The notes beneath the pieces are model-generated. The model saw nothing but the letters and a program-made list of their open reading frames with translations, had not been told where the DNA came from and ran no database searches. Positions 37,200 through 46,899 of a stretch of 64,000 nucleotides of DNA are shown here, one piece after another. Location: positions 480,001-544,000 of the forward strand of contig CAVSAC010000012.1 of the NCBI GenBank assembly GCA_963725865.1. The letters are read 5' to 3'. The first letter of the stretch is position 1. Every line of letters starts with the position of its first letter. Source of the stretch: Candidatus Eiseniibacteriota bacterium. GTDB lineage: Bacteria > Eisenbacteria > RBG-16-71-46. A program made the position numbers and the translations under genes.

Positions 37200-38212
37200 C
37201 GTCGCGCACCCGCACCCGGGGCCGCCACGGCCAGCGCGGGACGCTGCTGTGGGTCGTCGCGCTCGTCGGCCTGGCATTGCTGCTGCTGGCGCCGGTGTTC
37301 GCGCACGCTCAGGGGGCGGGAGCGGACTCCTTGACGCTGTCGTGGACCTCGCCGGGCGACGACGGTGCGATCGGCACCGCCGCTGCCTACGAGGTGCGCA
37401 TGTCCACCTCGGCGATCACGTCCGGGAACTACTCGGGCGCGACGCTCGTCACCGGGGCGCCCACACCGCGGGCGGCGGGCACGCTCCAGAGCGTCAAGGT
37501 GCGCGGGCTCACGCGCGGCACCACCTACTGGTTCGCCATCAAGACGCGCGACGACGCGAACAACTGGTCGGGGATCTCGAACGTGGTCCAGTTCGACTGG
37601 ACCTTCGACACCGCCCCGCCGGCGGCGCCCACCGGCACCGTGGCCGCGATCCAGGGCGGGAACGTGAACGTGACCTGGAACGCGAACAGCGAGAGCGACC
37701 TCGGAGGCTACCGGGTCTATCGCGCGACCAGTGCCGCCGGGCCGTGGAGCCTGATCAGCGGCGGCACGATCGCCGCGACGAGCTGGCTGGACACGGCGGT
37801 CCCGATCGGCGCCACGTCGCTCTACTACGCGATCACCGCGCTCGACGTGAGCGCCAACGAGAGCGCGCGCGGCGCGGCGGCCCACGTGACCTTCACGGTG
37901 CCGCCCGGCAACGGCGCGCCCACCGCGTGGGAGGTCGAGACCGGCTATCCCAACCCCAGCCACAGCGGCACGTCCGTCACCATCCCGGTGGCGGTGCCCG
38001 CGAGCGGGGCCGGGGACGCGCGGCTCGAGATCGTGGACGGTGCAGGCCGGTGCATCCGGCGGCTCGCCCTCAGCGCGCTGGCACCCGGTCGACGCAGCGT
38101 GACATGGGATGGAAGGAGCGACATGGGGCGTGAAGTCGCCCCCGGTCCGTACACGGCGTGGCTGGTCGCGGGCGACTCGCGGCAGCACGTCCGACTGGTG
38201 CGCGTGCCATGA
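37196..38212 (+). CDS. Secreted FN3-domain protein with C-terminal FlgD-Ig / T9SS-CTD-like domain
   Basis: Third copy of the PGDD-type FN3 repeat, a second FN3 (WNANSESDLGGYRVYR), then GYPNP...LEIVDGAGRCIRRL...WDGRSDMGREVAPGPY. Confidence 0.85.
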   Translation: MTSRTRTRGRHGQRGTLLWVVALVGLALLLLAPVFAHAQGAGADSLTLSWTSPGDDGAIGTAAAYEVRMSTSAITSGNYSGATLVTGAPTPRAAGTLQSVKVRGLTRGTTYWFAIKTRDDANNWSGISNVVQFDWTFDTAPPAAPTGTVAAIQGGNVNVTWNANSESDLGGYRVYRATSAAGPWSLISGGTIAATSWLDTAVPIGATSLYYAITALDVSANESARGAAAHVTFTVPPGNGAPTAWEVETGYPNPSHSGTSVTIPVAVPASGAGDARLEIVDGAGRCIRRLALSALAPGRRSVTWDGRSDMGREVAPGPYTAWLVAGDSRQHVRLVRVP

Positions 38213-40036
38213 GGGCGACGACGATGATCAAGCGGATGGCGGCAATGGTGTGCGTGCTGGCGCTCGTGGGCATCGCTCCGGTGCACGCGTCGATCGATGC
38301 GGCCGGGACCACGGCGGGCAACTTCCTCTCCGTCGGCGCCGGCGCGAGCGCGCTCGGCATGGCCGGGGCGACCCTCGCCCTGCCGATGGGGATCATTGGC
38401 TCGGCCTGGAATCCCGCCGCGCTCGCGCGGCTCGACGAGACCGAGCTGGCGTTCTCGCACGCCGGACTCGAGAACCAGACGTCGCAGGAGTGGGTCGCGG
38501 TCGGAGGGCGCTTCGCGAACACCTCGACGCACTGGGCGGTGTCCGGCCTCTACAACGGGCAGGGCTCGTTCGAGGGGCGCGACGCGACCGGGCTGTCGAC
38601 CGGCTCGTTCGGCGTCACCGACATGGCGCTCGGCGTCCACGTCGCGCGGCAATTCGGCCCCGTGGTCAGCGCGGGTCTCGGCGCCAAGTACGTGAGCGAG
38701 GTGCTCGATGCGGTGTCGGGCTCCGGCCTCACGTTCGACGGCGGCGTCCAGGTGCGCGCGGGCATGGCCGGCCTCGGCATCGCCGCTCAGAATCTCGGCG
38801 GCCGGATGAACTACGGCGGCGCGTCGTTCCCGCTGCCCACCAACTACGGCGTCGGCGCCGCGCTCGACCTGCCGAGCGGCATGCGGCTGGCGCTCGACGC
38901 GAACTTCCCGAAGGCGTACTACAACGACGTGCGTGCCGGTGTCGAGTGGCGCTATCACGGCGTGCTCGCCCTGCGCGCCGGCTACCGCAAGGAACTCGCG
39001 GCGGCGTCGGACGACCGCCTCACGGGCCCCACGTTCGGCCTCGGCGGCGGCGTGGGCTCGATGTGGTTCGACTACGGCTACATCATCCCGGGCCAGGGCG
39101 ACGGTGAGCACCGCTTCGGCCTGACCATGCACCCCGGCGCGATGCGCGCGATCATGCGCCCGATGGCCGACGGCAAGCCGGCCGAGTCCGCACCGGTCGC
39201 CGCGCAGACGCCCGCGGAGAAGCCCGCGAAGCCGGCGAAGGCGTCCAAGGCCGCGAAGACGCCGCCGGCGGACACGACTCCGCTCGCCACCACCGCGCCG
39301 GCCAAGCCCGCGAAGCACGCGAAGTCCCAGGGTGCCGCCGCCTCGGGTCTGCTGAGCGCGGCGGAAGCCGCGGCGCTGGCCCCGTCGACGCCCAAGCCGT
39401 CGGTTCCCGCGCCGGTCGCGGTCACGCCTCCGCGCGCCGTGCCGGCTCCGGCCGCCGCGAACACCCCCGCGCCGGTCGCCGTGACGCCGCAACCCGTGAC
39501 CCCCGCGCCGGCCGCGGTCAGTCCGACACCCAGGAGCGCTCCGGTCGCGGTCAGCCCGACTTCCAAGAGCGCGCCGGTCGCGGTCGCTCCGGCGCCCAAG
39601 CCGGCGGCCCCCAGCGTTCCCGCCGCGGCCAGCCAGGTGGCGAGTGCCCTCGTGCCGGTCGCGGCTCCGCGGACGATCAAGCCGACGGCGCCCGCGCCGA
39701 CGGCCGTGCAGCAGCCGCTCGAGGCTCCCAAGCCGGCGCTGCCGCAGCCGGCCGAGACCGCGCCCGCGCCGCTGCCCGCCCCCGTGGCGGTGGTGCCGGC
39801 CGCGAAGCCCGCGGCGGTGACCGTGTCAGTCCACGCCGCGGCTTACGCCGGCGACCACGCCGGCCGTGGCGCCGGTCGTGATCCAGCGCCCGGACAAGGT
39901 GAAGGTGCGCTCGGGCGAGACCCTCGATTCGATCGCCAAGCAGTGGGGCACGAGCAAGGCCGCGATCATGATGGAGAACAACATGGTCACCGACAGGGTC
40001 AGGCCAGGCCAGACGCTCAAGATGCCCAAGAAGTAG
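38209..40036 (+). CDS. PorV/UPF0164-like outer-membrane barrel + Pro/Ala-rich linker + LysM (frameshift at about 39820-39890)
   Basis: AGTTAGNFLSVGAGASALGMAGA...WNPAAL N-terminus and barrel strands ending HRFGLTMH; P/A-rich linker; the +1 frame encodes VKVRSGETLDSIAKQWGTSKAAIMMENNMVTDRVRPGQTLKMPKK*. Confidence 0.78.
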
Positions 40037-40068
40037 TTCGGACGCCGCCACGGAAGGCGGAGCAAGCG

Positions 40069-40095
40069 CGAGCCCGGTGCCCAGAGCCGGGCTCG
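40069..40095. terminator. GC-rich hairpin between convergent genes
   Basis: CGAGCCCGG-N9-CCGGGCTCG perfect 9-bp stem, 32 nt after the LysM stop; no U-tract. Confidence 0.4.
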
Positions 40096-40186
40096 TCGCG
40101 TTGGGGGCGCGGCGTGGCTCGCGCCCGATCGCGCGGCCGGCCGTCCCACGCCGCGCGCCGGCGGAACGCCAGCGCGGCGCGGCGCG

Positions 40187-41287
40187 CTAGAGCGGGAACG
40201 CGCCCTCGACGCGCTGGCCCTCGCCCATCGCCACCGCGTAACGGCGCTGCTCTTCGAGGTGCGGCGGCACCTGGGCGTAGACGTCGGCGAACAGGCTCTC
40301 GATCGGCGGCGGTCCGAGCGCCTCGGCCGCGGTGATCGCCGCCGAGATCTCGTCGTTGATCGCGGTGGTCCAGCCCGCGAGGTCGACGTCGGACAGCAGA
40401 CCCGCGCCGCGCAGGTGAGCCTCGAAGCGCCGTAGCGGGTCGCGGGCCTCCCAGTACTTCACGGTCTCGGGGTCGCGGTAGCGGGTGGGATCGTCGCTCG
40501 AGGAGTGCCCGCCCATGCGGAACGTCAGCGCCTCGACCAGCGTCGGCCCGCCGCCCGAGCGCGCGCGCGCGACCGCCTCGCGCATCACGGTGATCACCGC
40601 GAGTAGGTCGTTGCCGTCCACCCGCACGCCCGGCATGCCGTACGCGACCGACTTGATGGCGATGCTGCTCGAGCGCGTCTGCTTCTCGACCGGCACCGAG
40701 ATCGCCCACTGATTGTTCTGGCAGAAGAACACGCACGGCACCTGCCACACGGCGGCGAAGTTCAACGCGGCGTGGAAGTCGCCGATCGAGGTGCCGCCGT
40801 CGCCGATGTAGCCCACGCACACCTCGTCGCGGCCCTGGAGCTTGGCGGCGTACGCGGCGCCCACCGCGTGCGGGAGCTGGGTGCCGATCACGCTCGACCA
40901 CGCCACCGAGTGGACCTTGCGATCGCTGAAGTGCATCGGCATCTGGCGTCCGAGCAGCACGTCGCCCGAGTTGCCGATCAGCTGGCAGACCAGCTCCTGC
41001 ACGGTGGTGCCGCGCCACAGGCACACGCCGGTCTCGCGCAGCGCGTGGAACACCCAGTCGGTGTCGCGCAGCGCGAACGCCGAGCCGGTGACGGCGGCTT
41101 CCTGGCCGGTGACCATGCCGTAGAAGCCGATGCGCCCCTGCCGCTGCAGCGAGAGCATGCGCTGATCGATCAGCCGCATGCGCACCATGTGCCGGTGGAG
41201 CCGGCGCAGGTCGTCGGCCGACACGTCGGGCAGCGGGCCGACCGCGTGGCCGTCGGGATCGAGGATCTGGAGCGGAGTCTCGCTCAT
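40187..41287 (-). CDS. 2-oxoacid (pyruvate / branched-chain) dehydrogenase E1 alpha
   Basis: LQRQGRIGFY, GQEA, TPP motif GDGGTSIGDFH...NNQWAIS, RMGGHSSSDDPTRYR. Confidence 0.93.
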   Translation of the reverse strand: MSETPLQILDPDGHAVGPLPDVSADDLRRLHRHMVRMRLIDQRMLSLQRQGRIGFYGMVTGQEAAVTGSAFALRDTDWVFHALRETGVCLWRGTTVQELVCQLIGNSGDVLLGRQMPMHFSDRKVHSVAWSSVIGTQLPHAVGAAYAAKLQGRDEVCVGYIGDGGTSIGDFHAALNFAAVWQVPCVFFCQNNQWAISVPVEKQTRSSSIAIKSVAYGMPGVRVDGNDLLAVITVMREAVARARSGGGPTLVEALTFRMGGHSSSDDPTRYRDPETVKYWEARDPLRRFEAHLRGAGLLSDVDLAGWTTAINDEISAAITAAEALGPPPIESLFADVYAQVPPHLEEQRRYAVAMGEGQRVEGAFPL

Positions 41288-41350
41288 GGGGTGCGTCTCT
41301 CCGGTCGCGGGTGGGCGGACCGCGGCGCGGGGCCGCGGCCCGTCACGAGG

Positions 41351-43477
41351 TCATCGGTTCACGCCGCCGACCGGGGTGTCGACCGGCCCGCTCGCGCGGT
41401 TCATGCCGAGCTGCTCGAAGAGGAACAGCAGCTGGTCGGCGTTGTCCTCGATCTGCTGGCCCACCGGCTTGCCGCCGGCGTGGCCGGACTTGGTGTCGTA
41501 GTGCAGCAGCACCGGGCGGCGCAGCGGATCCGAGCCGGTCGCCGCCTGCATGAGCGCGGTCATCTTGCGCGCGTGCAGCGGATCGACACGGGTGTCGGAG
41601 TCACCGCTCACGAACATCACCGCCGGGTACTCGGTGCCCTTCACCACGTGCTGGTACGGCGAGTAGTCGTAGATGAACTGGAACTGCGACGGATCGTCGG
41701 CGGAGCCGTATTCGGGCACCCAGAAGCGCGCGACCAGGAAGCGGTGGTAGCGCAGCATGTCGAGCAGCGGCACCGCGCAGATCGCCGCGCGGCAGAGGTC
41801 GGGCCGCTGCGTCATGAACGCGCCCACCAGCAGGCCGCCGTTGCTGCCGCCGAGGATCGAAAGGTGCTCGGTGTCGGTGTACTGGTTGCCGACCAGCCAC
41901 TCGGCCGCCGCGATGAAGTCGTCGAACGTGTGCTGCTTCTGCTCCAGCATCCCGGCGCGGTGCCAGTCCTCGCCGAACTCGGCGCCGCCTCGCAGGTTCG
42001 GCAGCGCGTAGACGCCGCCGCTCTCGGCGAAGATCACCGCCTCGGGCGAGAAGCTCGGAGTCTCGTTGACGTCGAAGCCGCCGTAGCCGGTGAGCAGCAC
42101 CGGACGCTTGCCGTCGAGCTCGAGCCCCTTGCGGTGCACGAGGAACATCGGCACCCGCGTGCCGTCGCGCGACGTGGTCCACACCTGCTCGGTGACGTAT
42201 CGCGCGCTCACGACCGGCGCGGAGGACCGCCACCACTCGGTGCGCACGCCGCCCGGGATGTCGAAGCGGTAGATCGTCGGCGGGACCACGAACGAGGAGA
42301 ACGTGAAGAACGCTTCGTTCGAGCTCCAGCGCCCGTTGATGCCGCTCACCGTGCCCAGCGTGGGGAACGCGATCTCGCCAAGCCGCCGGCCGTCGGGGCC
42401 GAACACGCGCACCTTCGACGCCACGTCCTCGAGGTAGCTCGCGAACACCCGGCCGCCCGCGAGCGAGAAGTCCACCAGTGCGTGCGGACCCTCGGGCACG
42501 ACCTCGCGCCAGGCATCGGTCGCCGGGTGGTTCAGGTCGACGCGCACGATGCGCCCGTGCGCCGCCTTCCACGTGGTGCGCAGGTAGAGCTGGTCGCCGG
42601 CGATCTCGCCGCCGAAGAACGCGTCGATGTCCTTCACGATGGGCGTCGCCGGACCGCGGGTCTTGGTGTCCATCACCCACAGCTCGCTGCGCTCGGCGGC
42701 CGCGCCGTAGTACACCGTGAACAGCAGTCGCCGCCCATCGTCGCTCAGCAGCAGGTCGATGATCTTGTCGCCGCCGTAGCCCTCGCCGAACAGCGCGGCG
42801 TCCTTGTCCACTGGGGCGCCGAACGCGTGGTAGAAGATCCGCGCGCCGTCGGGGAACGAGCGGGAGTAGTACACGCCGCGGTCGTCGGCGCCGATCTGGA
42901 TGCCGAAGTAGCGCCCCAGCGGCAGCGCGTCGGCCAGCGGCTTGCGGGTCGCGACCTGCACGAACGACACCACGACCTCGTCGCGGCCGCCCTGCCGGGT
43001 GCCGACCGCGACCAGCGAGCCGTCGCTCGACTCATCGAGGTAGTTCACCGACGTGCTGTGGTCGGCGCTCAGCGGATGCGGATCGACCAGCACCTCGTCC
43101 GGTCCCGCGACGCCCTGGCGCACGCACAGCACCCGCTGGTCCTGGTTCGCGGCGCGCTTCGAGAAGAAGTAGCGCCCGCCGCGCTCGACCGGCGTGGTCA
43201 CCGCGTCGACCTTGAGCAGCTGCGCGAGCCGGGTCACCAGGCGGGTGCGCCCGGAGTAGTTGCCCAGCGTCTCCTTGGTGTAGCGGATCTGCTGGTCGAG
43301 CCACGCGCGCGTCGCGGGCGCGTCCTTGTCCTCGAGCCAGCGGTACGGGTCCTCGATCGCGGTGCCGTGCAGCGTGTCGCTCACCACCGCGACACGGGTG
43401 GGGGGCGGGCCGGCAAGCGCACCCGTGGAGGCCAGCAGCAGCGCGGCGACGATCAGCCAGCGGGTCCGGGTCAGCAT
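41351..43477 (-). CDS. Prolyl oligopeptidase (S9A) with signal peptide
   Basis: DPYRWLED, GYGGF, NLRGGAEFGEDWH, GGSNGGLL, DTRV, GH. Confidence 0.95.
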   Translation of the reverse strand: MLTRTRWLIVAALLLASTGALAGPPPTRVAVVSDTLHGTAIEDPYRWLEDKDAPATRAWLDQQIRYTKETLGNYSGRTRLVTRLAQLLKVDAVTTPVERGGRYFFSKRAANQDQRVLCVRQGVAGPDEVLVDPHPLSADHSTSVNYLDESSDGSLVAVGTRQGGRDEVVVSFVQVATRKPLADALPLGRYFGIQIGADDRGVYYSRSFPDGARIFYHAFGAPVDKDAALFGEGYGGDKIIDLLLSDDGRRLLFTVYYGAAAERSELWVMDTKTRGPATPIVKDIDAFFGGEIAGDQLYLRTTWKAAHGRIVRVDLNHPATDAWREVVPEGPHALVDFSLAGGRVFASYLEDVASKVRVFGPDGRRLGEIAFPTLGTVSGINGRWSSNEAFFTFSSFVVPPTIYRFDIPGGVRTEWWRSSAPVVSARYVTEQVWTTSRDGTRVPMFLVHRKGLELDGKRPVLLTGYGGFDVNETPSFSPEAVIFAESGGVYALPNLRGGAEFGEDWHRAGMLEQKQHTFDDFIAAAEWLVGNQYTDTEHLSILGGSNGGLLVGAFMTQRPDLCRAAICAVPLLDMLRYHRFLVARFWVPEYGSADDPSQFQFIYDYSPYQHVVKGTEYPAVMFVSGDSDTRVDPLHARKMTALMQAATGSDPLRRPVLLHYDTKSGHAGGKPVGQQIEDNADQLLFLFEQLGMNRASGPVDTPVGGVNR

Positions 43478-43491
43478 GGCGGGTCTCCTCG

Positions 43492-44760
43492 TCAGGCCAG
43501 GTCCGCGTCCGAGAGCCAGTCCTGCGGGCGCTCGAGCGCATCGATGAGGGCGTACAGGAAGTCCGCGCCCACCGCGCCGTCCACCACGCGATGGTCGAGG
43601 GTCAGCGAGAAGTTGGTGAGGTCGCGCGCCACGATCTCGCCGTTCACCACGGCCGGCTTCTTCTTCACCTCGTGGACGCCGAGGATCGCGACCTGCGGAT
43701 GGTGCAGGATCGGCGTGGCGAGCAGCCCGCCGCGCGCGCCGGTGCTGGTGACCGTGAAGGTGCCGCCCTGGAGCTCCTCGAGCGTCAGCTTGCCGGCGCG
43801 CGCCGCGGCGGCCAGCCGCGCGATCTCGCGCGCCACCGCGAACAGGCCGAGGCGGCCGGCGTGGTGGATCACCGGCACCGTGAGGCCCTCGTCGGTCATG
43901 GTGGCGATCCCCAGGTGGACGTAGCGCTTGAGCACGATCTCGCCGCGCCCATCGTCGAGGCTGGCGTTGAGCAGCGGAAACTTCGCGAGCGCCGCGGGCA
44001 GCGCGCGGAACACGTACGCGAGGTAGGTCAGCTTGACGCCCGCCGCCTCGGCGCGCGCGCGCTGCGCCTCGCGGTGCAGCACCAGCGCGGTGAGGTCGGC
44101 CTCGGCGACGAACGTGAACGGCGCGGTGGTGTCGAGCGCATGGCGCATGTGCTCGGCGATGCGCCGGCGCAGCCCGCGCACCGGAATGCGCTCCTCGGGT
44201 TCGTCCGCCTTCGCCGCGCGTGGAGCGGCGGCCGCGCCCGCGCCGGTGGCGTTCGCCGCACCCGCCGCGGCGCCGATCGCGCCCGCCGGCGCAGTCGCGC
44301 CCGCGCCGCCGGCCGCGCGCTTCACGTCGCCGGCGGTGATGGCGCCGCCCGGTCCGCTGCCGGCCATGCCTTCGAGCGCGACGCCGAGCGACTGGGCGAG
44401 CGCGCGCACCGCGGGGCTGGCCGCGGCGCGCGCGCCCGTCGCCGCGGCCGCCGCCGCTGGCGCCGCGGGCGTGCTGCTCGGTGCCGGCGCGTGCGCCGCG
44501 GGCGCGCCGGCGCCGGCGCCGCCGGCGACCGCGATGCTCACGAGCAGGCTGCCGACCGGCACCATCGCGCCTTCTTCGGCGTGCAGCGCCTCGATGGTGC
44601 CGGTGCGCGGCGAGGGGATCTCCACGCTTGCCTTGTCGGTCATCACCTCGACCAGCGGCTGGTCCTCGCGCACCGCGTCACCCGGCTTCACCAGCCAGCG
44701 CACCACCTCGCCCTCGGCGATGCCCTCGCCGATGTCGGGCAGTCGAACCTCGAACGCCAT
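43492..44760 (-). CDS. Dihydrolipoamide acyltransferase E2
   Basis: Lipoyl domain EVMTDKASVEIP, E3-binding ASPAVRALA...GSGPGG, catalytic DHRVVDG. Confidence 0.95.
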   Translation of the reverse strand: MAFEVRLPDIGEGIAEGEVVRWLVKPGDAVREDQPLVEVMTDKASVEIPSPRTGTIEALHAEEGAMVPVGSLLVSIAVAGGAGAGAPAAHAPAPSSTPAAPAAAAAATGARAAASPAVRALAQSLGVALEGMAGSGPGGAITAGDVKRAAGGAGATAPAGAIGAAAGAANATGAGAAAAPRAAKADEPEERIPVRGLRRRIAEHMRHALDTTAPFTFVAEADLTALVLHREAQRARAEAAGVKLTYLAYVFRALPAALAKFPLLNASLDDGRGEIVLKRYVHLGIATMTDEGLTVPVIHHAGRLGLFAVAREIARLAAAARAGKLTLEELQGGTFTVTSTGARGGLLATPILHHPQVAILGVHEVKKKPAVVNGEIVARDLTNFSLTLDHRVVDGAVGADFLYALIDALERPQDWLSDADLA

Positions 44761-44774
44761 CGCTCCCTCCGCGC

Positions 44775-45077
44775 TCAGACCAGGGCGCCGAAGCGCCCGA
44801 GCTCGGTCTCGCGCTCAATCAGCCGCCGGCCGCGGTCCGACAGCTCGGCGTAGGCGGTGGCGTGCGAGTGCTTGAACTCCTCGTAGAGCGCCATGCTGGC
44901 CCAGCGGTCGGCGACCACGTAGCGGCGCGGCGAGCGGAGGTCCTTCCACAGCGTGGTGCTCACGTAACCGGAGGCCCCGCGGAACAGCTCGGTCCACGGA
45001 CCTTCGGGGTGGTAGAGCCCCTCGAACTCCTCGACGCGGTCGGCCTTGGCGATGTACTCCCACAGGATGAGTAGCAT
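44775..45077 (-). CDS. ABM (antibiotic biosynthesis monooxygenase)-like dimeric alpha/beta protein
   Basis: WEY...FEGLY.PEGPW.ELF...GYVST.L...YVVADRW.S pattern. Confidence 0.7.
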   Translation of the reverse strand: MLLILWEYIAKADRVEEFEGLYHPEGPWTELFRGASGYVSTTLWKDLRSPRRYVVADRWASMALYEEFKHSHATAYAELSDRGRRLIERETELGRFGALV

Positions 45078-45086
45078 GGACGGCCC

Positions 45087-46061
<975 letters not shown>

Positions 46062-46180
46062 GGGAAGTCTCCGGGAATCGGTCGTGAGGACGCGGGAGAG
46101 TAGCGCACGCTCGGGGGCGCATCAACAGATGCCGGGCGCCGCGCGCCGCCCGGCTCCGCCGCCGCGCGGCGCCCGCGTCG

Positions 46181-46218
46181 TTAGGGTTGACGAACGCCCC
46201 AATTAGTCGTATCTAATT
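46181..46218 (+). promoter_or_regulatory. Promoter with DtxR/MntR-type operator palindrome
   Basis: TTGACG (-35, 46187) and the AT-rich palindrome AATTAG-tcgtat-CTAATT (46201-46218) over the -10 region, 6 nt before the mntR ATG; a degenerate second box TTAGGGTTGACGAA starts at 46181. Confidence 0.7.
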
Positions 46219-46224
46219 CCCCCC

Positions 46225-46899
46225 ATGCCCCACCTGTCACGCTCCCGCGAGGACTACCTCAAGGCGCTCTACGCGCTCGGCCCCGCCGGCGCCGCGGTGT
46301 CGACCTCGGCGCTCGCCGCACAGCTCGGCGTGGCGCCGCCGTCCGTGACCGCGATGCTGCGCACGCTCGCGCGCGAGCGGCTGGTGGCGCACGGGCCGCG
46401 CACCGGGGCGCGCCTGACCGCGCGCGGCCGCAAGCTGGCGCTCGAGATGGTGCGGCGCCACCGCATCCTCGAGACCTTCCTGGTGCGGGTGCTGGGGTTC
46501 GACTGGTCCGAAGTGCACGACGACGCCGAGGTGCTCGAGCACCATGTGAGCGAGCGGGTGCTCGAGGCCATCGACCGCCTGGTCGGGCATCCCGACGAGG
46601 ACCCGCACGGGCATCCGATCCCCGACCGCCAGGGTCACATCCGCCGCCGCGCGCTGCACCCGCTCGGCACGCTGGCGGCCGGCACGCGCGCGACCGTGCG
46701 CGAGATCGTCGACGCCGACGCGCGGCGCCTCGCGCGCTGGAAGGAGGCCGGCCTGGTCCCCGGCGTGCGCGTGCGCGTGGTCGCGGTGCGGGCGCTCGAC
46801 GACGTGGTCGAGGTCGAGGTCGCCGGCCGCATGCTCGTCACCGGCCTGCGCGGTGTCGAGGGCGTGCTGGTCGAAATGCGCGGGGGGCGGGGCGCGTGA
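46225..46899 (+). CDS. mntR: DtxR/MntR family metal-dependent repressor with FeoA domain
   Basis: EDYLKALY, SVTAML, RRHRILETFL, AEVLEH, DPHGHPIP. Confidence 0.9.
   Translation: MPHLSRSREDYLKALYALGPAGAAVSTSALAAQLGVAPPSVTAMLRTLARERLVAHGPRTGARLTARGRKLALEMVRRHRILETFLVRVLGFDWSEVHDDAEVLEHHVSERVLEAIDRLVGHPDEDPHGHPIPDRQGHIRRRALHPLGTLAAGTRATVREIVDADARRLARWKEAGLVPGVRVRVVAVRALDDVVEVEVAGRMLVTGLRGVEGVLVEMRGGRGA

Noticed and set aside
39380..39830. Short quasi-repeats (gcgccggtcgcggtc...) as a possible CRISPR or tandem array
   Set aside because: Degenerate codon-level repeats of APVAV(T/S)P in a linker; no constant repeat-spacer structure and no cas genes.
39815..39895. Programmed ribosomal frameshift producing the LysM fusion
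   Set aside because: No slippery heptamer or homopolymer run visible; other indel-like breaks in the window point to assembly error.
39830..40335. C-terminal part of the track ORF 38158-40335
   Set aside because: Arg-rich non-protein-like text overlapping the E1-alpha gene; the +1 frame holds a clear LysM ending at 40036.
40772..43924. 1050-aa plus-strand ORF (likewise 46635-49403 minus and 55324-57903 plus)
   Set aside because: Antisense shadows of well-supported genes on the opposite strand.
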